Source: Camelus ferus
Taxonomy: Eukaryota
Length of the DNA: 64,000 nt
NCBI RefSeq assembly: GCF_009834535.1
Contig: NC_045696.1
Coordinates: forward strand, 33,916,001 to 33,980,000
Reading direction: 5' to 3'
In this document: positions 54,226-64,000 of the stretch, piece after piece
Layout: the number at the start of each line of letters is the position of its first letter
How positions within the stretch are numbered: the first letter of the stretch is position 1
Translations under genes and position numbers: made by a program
The notes under the pieces: model-generated
The model's input: the letters and a program-made list of their open reading frames with translations, nothing else
What the model was told of the DNA's origin: nothing
Databases searched by the model: none

Positions 54226-56434
54226 AGGTGAATGAGAAAAAAAGTAAAACCTGGGAGAAAGGTGCGTAAGAGAAAAGGGGAGGGGAACTGTATTTGTTTC
54301 TTCATTGGCATCTCCCAGCACATAACATGTCATGTGCCATTAGGTATGTAATAAATATTTTTCTGTCTGAGCAATTTGTATTGGGTCACAATAATGTGAC
54401 CATAGGATATTAGTTTATTTCTTAATGAGGTTTAAAAATAATAAAATTTAAATGTTTTCTCTATCCACACACACACACATACATATGCTTATATATGTGT
54501 CTTGTTGACTCAGTAGGTTTGTATGTGTTGATGGTTTTAAACAAGTGAAAAATACCACTGCATTCTAACTGATGGTTCCTTGGTGTCCTAAATCTCAGTT
54601 AAGTTTAAGGGTACATGCCCTTCAATAAGGAGTGACAGACAAAATATATACCAGTACAGTTTGACCAACTAACTCATCAGAATGGATGCCAGTCTGCCTG
54701 GTGCCTATCAGCTGAATATCAGCCTGCTTCAAACTAGGAGAGAATTAAGCTATTTGAGTGCTGAGTTTAAATACTACATATTTCTATTTTGTCTTTATTG
54801 TTAATGAACAAGCCCTATCTTTAGCTCCTGCTGTGCACTTTTGGAGGGTCTTCCATATGGTTGCTGCTAAGTATTTTGGCATTTTCCCAACTGTTTCAAT
54901 TGGGTCAGTGGGGGGGACTGTGTAGGAGTAATAAAACAAGGGTGACTGCAGCAGGGAGGAGTATGATTACTAGACACATAACAGCTTACTGCCTCTCAGG
55001 CATGAAAGCACAGCTCAGTGCCATCCATTACAACAGGCAGTCAGGGCAAACCGCCTTTTTGCCATAGAGTTTACTCCAGGAAAGGCCAGGCCTTGGGTGC
55101 AGAGATGAAATCTCCTGCTTCCAGTTGTTTTTTTTTTTTTTTTTTTCCTGTTTCCTTCCTTCTTCACCTTCCCACAATATCTCAAATGACTCGACAAGGA
55201 GTTAGACAGTTATATCTTGCACGCTACGTCATTCTGAGAAAGTTTTCATGAGTGGACTCAGCTAAATTTTAGCAGCAACAGCAGGGTATCAGTGGCCCTG
55301 AGGGCTTTGATCTTAGGAGAGGGGAAAATGGGGAGGGGAAGTCTGACTACCACAAATACTTGAAAATCCCTGAGACATGATTCACAAAGCCAGAGGTGAC
55401 TGATAATACTGATACTATTATTGAAGTGTCTTCCTGTTAGAAATAAAATCTATGGAAAAAAGGTACTATTGTTTTCATCCTATGGAAGGCAGTGTTGCTT
55501 AAACACTAATAGATTGGGAGGGAAAAAGTCCAAAGCAAAATTAAGATTCTAAACAGCAAAATGATATATTAAAGAGATGTGTACACACACACAGAGACAA
55601 ACACACAAAATGAACGATGTATTCAAGGTCTTGATCCAAAGAGAGTATTTCCCATATTTATGCTTATACACACAAGGATTGTTTAAATAATTCTTTATGC
55701 TTTTCCTTTCACATAATATGGCGCTTTTTCTCCACACTGAACACCAATATACAGCTATGTAGCATTCTAATAGGTTCACAGTGTAGTCAGTAATTTTTCT
55801 TGAGCAAGAAATCGAGATGTTAAAGAAATAGTTGGAGACATTTAAACCGGTAAACAAATATGTATACGGATTTCTTTTTTTCACGTTTCCAGTCAGGAAC
55901 ATTGAACAAAAATGTTGCATTAAAAAAGTTGCTCCACATTTCCTTCCTCCCCTGCCACCCCCAAGCCTAGACACGGGATCCCTGGAGACCCACACCCACC
56001 CGCAGTGAACGCCCCGGGTCTGGCAGGAGGCTGCGCGGGGGAACGAGGCAGGGCGGAAAAGAGCGTGAACTTCCTAGACAAACACCACTGGGCCCGGACC
56101 TCAGCATCACCACCAGCCCCTGCACTTAGGAAAGCACTACTACCGACAGCAGAGGGATGGTCGTAAATCAACTGGTTCCAGGAGGACCCACACTTGTCCT
56201 AGGACTCCAGGGAACCCTACTTCCAGCTCCCTCAGGGCAAGGAGAAAGCTAGGTAAGACTCATATCTGTCAGCACGCAGCACGGAATCCACACCTAGAAG
56301 CCCCTGACACCACCCGCGCGGTCTCCACACCGCAACCGCCGCAACTGCGGGACTCACCGCGCCGCGACCCCACGAGCGGGAGGAGCTGGCAGCCGCTGAA
56401 GTGAGGGCAGCGGCAGCGGCTTCGAGCGCCGCAG

Positions 56435-56446
56435 TGCGCAGGCGCG
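56435..56446 (+). promoter_or_regulatory. NRF1-like site at the probable TSS region
   Basis: TGCGCAGGCGCG versus the NRF1 consensus YGCGCAYGCGCR; followed by further GCGCA half-sites. Confidence 0.65.
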
Positions 56447-56454
56447 CGCGCAGA

Positions 56455-56712
56455 CCGCGCAGACGCCGCCTAGAAGTGACTTCTCCAAAAAGTGTCTTAG
56501 TTCGCGGTCACCTGAGCTCCAGGCAACTCGGCAGCGGCAGGCTTCGTGGATATCCGCCCTCCGCAGGTCCTGCCTGGAGACCTCGCCCTCTCCTCTGGCC
56601 CATCCGCTCCGCCATCCCGAACCCTCCCGGGGTCCTGTCCTTTCCCTCCTGTTCTTTCCCAGTCGCGGGCCGGACCGGGCCGAGCCGGGCAGCCCGGGCG
56701 CGGTCCCTGACC
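56455..56712 (+). other. CHMP2B: CHMP2B exon 1 5'UTR (TSS approximate)
   Basis: cctagaagtgacttctccaaaaagtg..ggtcacctgagctcc..gggccggaccgggccgagccggg resembles my recall of the human CHMP2B 5'UTR. Confidence 0.75.
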
Positions 56713-56746
56713 ATGGCGTCCCTCTTCAAGAAGAAAACCGTGGATG
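56713..56746 (+). CDS. CHMP2B: Charged multivesicular body protein 2B (ESCRT-III), coding part of exon 1
   Basis: Strong Kozak ACCATGG; ATG GCG TCC CTC TTC AAG AAG AAA ACC GTG GAT G = MASLFKKKTVD, the CHMP2B N-terminus; phase-1 donor G|GTGAGT at 56746/56747. Confidence 0.97.
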
Positions 56747-56837
56747 GTGAGTTCCAGGCCGGGCCGAAGAGGCCTAGCTCTGCGTTTCTCCGGTGTATTT
56801 TGGGGGCTTCCGGCCGCGATTCTTGTAGCTATCCCTG

Positions 56838-56847
56838 GGGGCGGGGC
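56838..56847 (+). promoter_or_regulatory. GC box (SP/KLF) in proximal intron 1
   Basis: GGGGCGGGGC exact consensus; TGCGTCAC CRE/AP-1-like half-site at 56881-56888. Confidence 0.55.
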
Positions 56848-59494
56848 CGGATCAAGTGGCCCCACAGGTGACCGCCCTCGTGCGTCACTTTTCTGCTTCC
56901 TTATCTCTTCTGACTCGCCCCACCTCAACCTCACCTGGGCATTCTTCTTCTCTCTGATAACATAACCTTTAAATCCTCCCGGCCCCCACCTCCGGTTTCT
57001 CCTTCAGCGGGATCCTGAGCATTTCATGAAGGGAGGATGCGGCTGGACCTTGGGGGGTCCTTAGACTTGGGGATGTGATGAATTTCTTCTTGATCTCATC
57101 TGCTTGTCAGTTGGGAGCTGTACTGCTACTTCTGGGCACCAAACCGGAAACCTGTATTGAGGTGGGGGAGGGTGTAATAGGCTCCAGTTGCAAATTGAAC
57201 TTGAGTCTGGGTTAGTCTTGTGCTAAGAACATCCCATCAATGGAGATGTGATACAAATGCTTCTTGACTGACTCCAGTAGAAAAATAGAAACCCAGGGAA
57301 AGTGCCTGGATTTTAGTTTTCGTACTAGATTTTTCTCTCTTATGATTATCTTTTGCTGTCTAAAGTAAGAGATGTTGTATGTATTGTCCGCATAGAAGTT
57401 TATTTACATTTTAAGATACTTGCATTGCTTCAGACATTTAGCTCAGTGTCATGTTAAGGGGAAAAAAGTGAATATACAGGGACATACAAATTGATGTTTA
57501 TAAGCAGTGCCTGTTATTATATGATTATATAACTGTTTAATTAGTCCTGATATTTTTTTTTTGACTCTACCAGGAATCAGATTCATTCAAGTTACTTAAA
57601 ATTTGTGTTTCCCATTACATGTTGATTCTAGGTTGCTGCTGGTTCAACCAAAGAATCACTTCTTTGTAAGGGTCTAACTCTGCCACAAAAGGAGCAGTGG
57701 TAGCTAGACAGTGATTGGTACAAACAGGGAGCTCAGTCCAGACCTGGGGTAACTCCTTCATTCTTTTGTATTGATTATTCCAATGCCAGCAAATTATTTT
57801 GTGGAGGATTACAAAGATGTCATCTTCACCCTGCCACTCTACCCTTCACTTCAACACATAATGTCATTTTACCTCTAATCTATCCCAGAGCATAATACAT
57901 TTTTGCTTACCCTTAGTGGGTGAAATGGACTTTTTATTAACTGAGAAATACCATTTACAATACCTGAAATAACTACCAAGTTGGTATCGGAAGTAATACA
58001 ATTATGTGAAATTGGTTTTATATGTGTTTTACCTGAAAATGCTGTTTAATCTTTAACATGGCACTTTATTTTTTTCAGTGTTTCAGTACCAATATTGTAA
58101 TGTTCAGTTATTGTATAGTACTTCAAGGGAAAGAAAAAGATTTATTTTTTTGTTTCAGTTTCATAGAGTGAGAATTTACTAAACAGAGAAATGGGGCTGC
58201 ATCTTTCTTACTGTGATGCTACAAATTAAATTTTTTTAAATTAACATTAAAAGCCAAACATCGCAGTTTTAATTGCTTGATATCTGTCAGATATTTTCAC
58301 AGACATAAATATCAGTTCTGTATTCTCATTGCTGTGCTTCCTGGTGCTTTCAGCAATCTAGTGACTATTGCACTTGAAGTATAGAGCAGAATTAAAAAAA
58401 AAAAACAATGAGGATGTGCAGTGAGGGTATTTAACTGTATACTTATTTGCAGTTGGGTTAATTCATCCATGGAACAATGCTTTTGTTAAATAGACTTATT
58501 TGTGAAAAAAAGGTCTTAAGGCCTTTTGGGAGAACTACTGACTTAAAGATCTGTGTATGAAATTTCTGATTTCTGAAATTTCGCCACTGTTTACATTTAC
58601 TATAACTACTAAACTGCATACTTGATGTTTTCTTAAATTATCCTGTCAATTCAGATCATTTAATGATGTCTTAATTATAGATCTGTACTTTCATTATTTT
58701 GACATAGAGCTTTGTTGATGTTTTTATTTTTTGTTTTATTAAAAAGAAGGTGTTCTGTTTTGTTTAATAGGTGACAGCATTCTTCTTAGTAATGATGGGG
58801 CTATCTATTATGAAATTAAATGTATTTTTAAGCATTTCCCCCAATCATGAGACTCATTGATTATTGATCATAAGACCTTTTACTGTATGCTGTCTTTTTA
58901 TCTGTTTCAGCTGTAATGAAATTCTGATATATAAGGAAAATATGTAACTGCTTATAGAGCTGGAGAATAATTGAATCTTTTTGTCTCTTTGAATTGGCTG
59001 GAAGAGTTGCACACTATATCATTAAAGAATACTGCACATGTAAATTAAAAAGGGAGGCAACAGTACAGCACTTATTACTATTCAGAGTTATGTTTAATTC
59101 ATTTTTGACACAAAGATGAACAAGTCTCTGCAGTGTGTACTTTGTTACAGAAATTAATGAGAATTGTACCTTAATGCCATAGAAGAGGAAGATTCTTTTG
59201 AATTTGAAATTACAATTCAGACCTTGATTTTCCTTTTACTGATTTATAAAGTATATACATATACAGGGCAGTGTGTTTATCTACAGTGTTGTATTTTGTT
59301 TTTGTTTTTTGTTTGTTTGGTTTGGTTTTTTTTCCAAAGTAGACTAATGGTGACCTATTTATTGAAGCTAATCATGAACCTGTAAATCAGGATGCCGTGA
59401 GGACTTGTCATGAATGCATGACTAAATATATTTCTTAAAAACTGAAGTTCTTTAAGCACTATATAATTCATGTCTGTGATCTTCAATAAAGACA

Positions 59495-59655
59495 AACTTG
59501 AGCCAGCATTGTGTTAGCATTTGGTATCAGCATCTTAATTCTTACAAAACCTGTAAGTACTAGTGTTATCCTCACTACATAGGTGAGGAAGTTGAGAGGC
59601 AAAAGGCTAAGTAACTTGCCCAGGATCACACAGCTGCTAAGTGGCAGAGCCAGAA
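59495..59655 (-). mobile_element. MIR SINE
   Basis: ataggtgaggaagttgagaggc..ggctaagtaacttgcccaggatcacacagctgctaagtggcagagccagaa. Confidence 0.85.
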
Positions 59656-59899
59656 CAGCATCCCTTTGAGTATTATAATAGTTATTTTTTTCTCATTTGG
59701 GATCTTATGGCAGTTTAATTTTGCTGTTCTTGCTAAGTACATGAAGTTCTCAGCGTTTGATAGGTACCATGTGATGCTTACTTTTGCCTGTGAACCAGAC
59801 TCTCTTCTCTCATAATTAGTGGTAGAACTTTAATTTCTAATGGTGGTAGAACTAGAAACAACCCTCCTCATCCTGACTCTCCCTTACTCCAACGTTTTC

Positions 59900-61175
59900 C
59901 TAGGCAGTATTGCCCAATCTCTTTTTGCACTTCATCTAAACCTCTTGAAGGGGTAGTGCTGTCTCCTGCCTCCACTTCATTACTTCTCTGACACCTCCCA
60001 TCCTACAGCAGTTTGCTTTACATCTCATGTCATGAAATCTTGCTACTATCATCAGTGACTTCTACATCACCAAATCCAATGGTAATTTTTTAGTAGTCAT
60101 CTCTTGAGCTTATGTTTTGCATTTGATCTTGATAATAATTTCTTCCTTGAAATTCTCTTTCAGCTTGCATTACATAACACTGATTTACTTTTCCTCAAAT
60201 TCCTCTGACTATTCTTTTTCCTTTTGGGCTTTTCTTTTCTTTTTTGCTTTCTTTCTTCCTTCCCCCCTCCTTCCTTTCCTTCTTTCTTTCTTACTTTCTT
60301 CTTTTAACCAACCCTTTAAGTGTTAGTGTTTTTCTTGGTTCCATCTTGGGCTACAACTATTCTAACTGTACATCCTCTCTGTACATGGTCTTATCTTAAC
60401 CCTTATTATTTTAGTTATAACTTAAGTGTTGATGGATCCCAACTGTGTCTCTATATATATTTTTCTGAGTTTCAGACCAGTATATCCAACAGTTTGATGA
60501 ATATCTCCACCTAGATGCACAAGAGTACCTCAAATTAAAACAGATCCCAAACAGAGTTCATCACCATCTCCTTCAAGTCAGTTCCTTCCCTGAGCTCTCC
60601 TCCTGCAGTGTTTGACAGTTCTCAGTTTTGCCCTCTGTGTTCCATTGAGTACCAAGTCCTGTTCCTTTTGCCTATTAAATATTTGGCACATATGATCTTC
60701 CACTGTGTGCCTTCACCTCCTTGCTCTAATTCAGATCCCATTTATCTTGCTCATTACTGCATCACCTTTCTGCTTTTCTTTCCTGTAGCTTCATAGCCCT
60801 TGAATCTAGAGTTGCCTGTGTGATTGATAGACCCAAAATCCAAATCTTACTATACTGCTCCCCAGTGTAAACCCCTTTTTTGAGTCTCTAGCACCAGCAG
60901 GATCAAGTGAGTCCTCTTTAATAAGGCATGCATGGCCCTTCTGAATCTGGCCCTTGTCTTTCTAAAAAGAAAGCCATGTCCCTGGACAGCAACACTGTTC
61001 TCATATTCATCTCTATGTACCATATTCTTTCTCACTCTGATATATTTTTGCTTATGATGCATGGAATTTTTTTCTTCCTCTAGCTAACCTGAACTGTCTC
61101 AGCTCTTTTCCTTCTCTAGAAATTCTCCTTTGATGCCACCTCAAACTATGTTAAATACCTCACTCTTTGTGTCCT
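59900..61175 (+). mobile_element. Degraded L2 LINE
   Basis: catcagtgacttctacatcaccaaatccaatggt..tttcagaccagtatatccaacag..atctccacctagatg..cctcaaatt..aaggcatgcatggcccttctgaatctggccc. Confidence 0.75.
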
Positions 61176-64000
61176 TTTTTTTTTTTTTTGGCATCTGCTT
61201 CCTGATTTGCATTCGCCAGAACCAAAGTAGATCCTTATGCACTTCCAGAGTTGGATTATGCTTTTTCTAAGTTTTTCCTACTTTCCATATTTGCAAGGTT
61301 AAAGAGAATCTTCAGCATAAATGAAAATAACTCTGCAGCAGTTTGTAATTCAGAGACTAAATTCCAAAATACTAGCATTTACTAACCAAAAGTAGTGTTC
61401 CCAGTATCCAGAGCTTACTATAGTCTGCACCCATTTTACCGCTACCCACCTGGCACCTTAGTGCAAGTTTAGAGATAATTTGAGGAATATTACTGACAGA
61501 AGAGGAACAAAGCTTCTTGGGTTTTTCCTCATTGGGGTGGTATCCATGCATGCTAGTTGTCCAGTGTTCAGAACCTGTGAAATTACAGATAAGTTGGATA
61601 AATCTCCTGTCAGGAGTCAGTTGCGATGCCACATTTTCGATAGCTCAAGAGGGAATAAAATTTACCATGTATATAAACTATGTCCCCTCCATTTCTCCCA
61701 AATAAAATGCAACATTCTCACGATGCTACCTGCGGGACCCAGATCTCTCCTAGCATACTGTGTGTTCCCTTACTGCTTGTTACCCTGAATACTTAAAAAC
61801 TCAAATTTTACCTTTTGATTTGGCCCTTACATTCTTGGCACACCAAAGAAAAATAATTGAATATGGGATTCAGGAACACAGTCCTGTCTTCTGATCATTT
61901 TTCTGAGCGAAAGTTCTCCAGACAGAATGGGTATTTCTGTAGGAAAGTGTCTTTCCTCTGTATTTCTCCATCCCGAGAATGATGCTGAAGAGTGGTCTTT
62001 CTTTTCACAGTACCTACAAGTCCATATGTCTGTGAGACTGTTCTTTCGAAGGACATTTTCTTCATCCCCTCACTTGTCAAAGCTGAAAAATGCGCTTTGA
62101 CAGTTTTCTGGCTTGAAGCTGTTACTTAGTACCAAAGCCTGTGCCTTTGAGAACCACATGAGACCGAGTGGTAAACAGATTCATTTCAGTGAGTTCCTCA
62201 GGGTTTGAGTGACTTCAAGACTTTAGTGGTAGGAAAAAAAAATTCCTTGTTACTTCCTTTTGTGCTGCCAAAGGGTAGACTCCTGTTCTCTTGTTAGTGG
62301 CGCACCCCTTCCTTCCAAGCAGGTCCTGTTGAGTGTTTCAGCTTCAGCCTGGTTCTTAAGTGGCTCCTTGGCTCCATGGACCAGTATGTAGATAAAGCTG
62401 TTGGTGTGATCCTCCTTTGTTTCCCATAGTTTGTTTGTTTTGTTTTTATTATTTTCTTTACTATATGTTAAGACTGATTAATTAAGCTGATACCATTCCT
62501 CCCTGCTTTCTGATGTACCCTGTCCAAAGCCTGAGAAATAGATTTGCCGTGCATATCAAATTCTGATTTCTCCTCACCCACTCTCTCATTGTCATTGTCC
62601 TTCTGCCTCTGAGTAAATTTGGTTTTTAGGGCCAGCATTTTCTAGTTACTGACCTTTAATATTTCTTTCTTAACCCTTAACCTTTGAGTTCAGAGCATTT
62701 TTGCAGTTTCTTCTCCTCATCAGCCTAAGAAGATGGTATATCCCCACGTGGCCAGGACCCCATCCCCCTTTATTGTTCACTGGTGAGCTCTACCGCTCCT
62801 GCTCCAGCAGGGCTCACACTCCCAGCTCTTCTGTTCATAGCCGTGATCAGGGTTTATTTAGTGCCCTTGATCAGTGCCGCAGTCCCCACTGTTTCCATTG
62901 ATACCAGCTTGCAGAGTTTCAAGATGAAATCTAAAGAGGGGGCTCACTTTCCTCTTGGATCTTGATCTCCAAAAGCCAGTTAATGGAGGTGGTCTCGTAG
63001 GATGTGGGAGCATTTTGTGCACCTGTCTCAATTCTTGTGATGGTTAGATTCAGGATAATTGGTAGGCAGTAAAGTTGCATAAATCAAAATGATTTTTTTC
63101 TCTGAAGAAATACATTTAAAAGCAGAAAATATGACATATTAAGTTAGATTTTAAAATCCATCATGACCTTATAGTACAGCACCAAACCCAGTACCTGGTA
63201 GAGGGGATGCTGTCTAGGAGACCAGCGTGAATCCCGCTGATGGTACGATCTGTGCCTTGTGCCTTAGCGCTTGTGGGGCTGTAATCCTGCTCTGCCCTGT
63301 AAGCTTGAGACAGGCCCCCTCCCTTCTCTCAAAAGATAGACATTTTAAAGGATATTACAAATTAACGAGTGTCCATATTTGCAGTTGATAATTACTTTTT
63401 GCTTTAATCCTCAAATATACACGTAGCTTGTAAATGAGCAGAGTCTAGATGGACAGCCATAATTCAGTTTGGAGCTTGGCCCCAAACCTCGGTAGAGAAT
63501 TCTAGTGAGCTCGACTAGACCACATGAGAGGCCCTTTTAGATTTTTTTTTTTTTTTTTTGGCTTTTCTTCTTCTTTTTCTCTGTAAGCAGATAGACCTTA
63601 TTGACTCAGAAACAAAGAGGGCAGAATGACCTTCTCTGTCTATATCTTCTTAAGTCCAAAATTTAAGTCAGTGATCTTACCACACTGATGCACACATGGG
63701 TTATATTTTGTTCAGTGAGAAGAGCCTGAAGGGCTTGAGACAGGCTTTTAATGCTCAGAGTGGAGCTGGCCTGGGTGGCCCTTCCTAAGTGTTGTGCTGG
63801 ATATGGGTGAGGAGAGGGTGGTGGGTGGGGCGCCTCCAGATACTTGGTACCTCACCGGATGGTAACAGAGAGAGCAGACCATAGGCACATGTGTGTACTT
63901 TTGACATTTTCACAGGTTGAAAGTTCCTTATACCCACCTGTTATGAATGCTTCACAACACCCCGCAAAGTAGATAAAGTGCTGGACTATAAGAATTCAGG

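Larger units (their letters stand above)
55960..56890. promoter_or_regulatory. CHMP2B: CpG island / CHMP2B promoter
   Basis: Sharp rise in GC and CpG density over the AT-rich background, spanning exon 1; no TATA box seen. Confidence 0.93.
56747..64000 (+). other. CHMP2B: CHMP2B intron 1 (continues beyond the window)
   Basis: GTGAGT donor; no sequence encoding the expected exon 2 peptide (DVIKEQNRELRGTQR..) found in the window. Confidence 0.88.

Noticed and set aside
56401..56871. 156-aa single-exon ORF as a complete gene
   Set aside because: It is 5'UTR plus the 34 coding nt of CHMP2B exon 1 plus read-through past the GTGAGT donor into intron 1.
56865..56873. Alternative donor CAG|GTGACC in proximal intron 1
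   Set aside because: Weaker than the canonical donor and would add 121 nt, shifting the frame; no supporting evidence.
56497..56934. 145-aa and 73-aa antisense ORFs over the CpG island
   Set aside because: Low-complexity R/G/P/A content typical of chance ORFs in GC-rich DNA; no recognisable domain.
58895..58960. Possible CHMP2B exon 2 (pyrimidine tract + tttcag|ctgtaatgaaa)
   Set aside because: Only the first bases resemble exon 2; it does not encode VIKEQNRELRG and reaches a stop almost immediately.

Overview
This is AT-rich eutherian genomic DNA, most likely camelid (alpaca/llama/camel), judging from two tRNA-derived SINEs of the camelid Vic-1 type. About 55.9 kb is gene-free upstream/intergenic sequence. 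It is followed by a CpG-island promoter and the first coding exon of CHMP2B (ESCRT-III subunit; + strand; ATG 56713, MASLFKKKTVD, donor G|GTGAGT at 56746/56747) and 7.2 kb of intron 1; exon 2 lies beyond the window. The rest is a typical mammalian repeat landscape (L1, L2, L3/CR1, MIR, MLT1 MaLR LTRs, MER21, MER5, MER20, MER104 and a near-full-length Kanga/Tc2 fossil with a decayed DDE transposase) plus several repeat-free, motif-dense blocks that look like enhancers. I found no rRNA/tRNA genes, CRISPR arrays or other real protein-coding genes; most ORF-track entries are chance ORFs or TE remnants. The best leads are: (1) an apparent one-armed 'pre-hairpin' orthologue of human MIR4795 about 1 kb upstream of CHMP2B; (2) a 5'-inverted L1 insertion with a captured MLT1 piece at its inversion junction and a CpG-decayed target-site duplication; (3) a strong antisense splice donor in the CHMP2B promoter, suggesting a spliced divergent transcript. 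Repeat names and all human comparisons come from my recall of consensus sequences, not from database searches; repeat boundaries are approximate.
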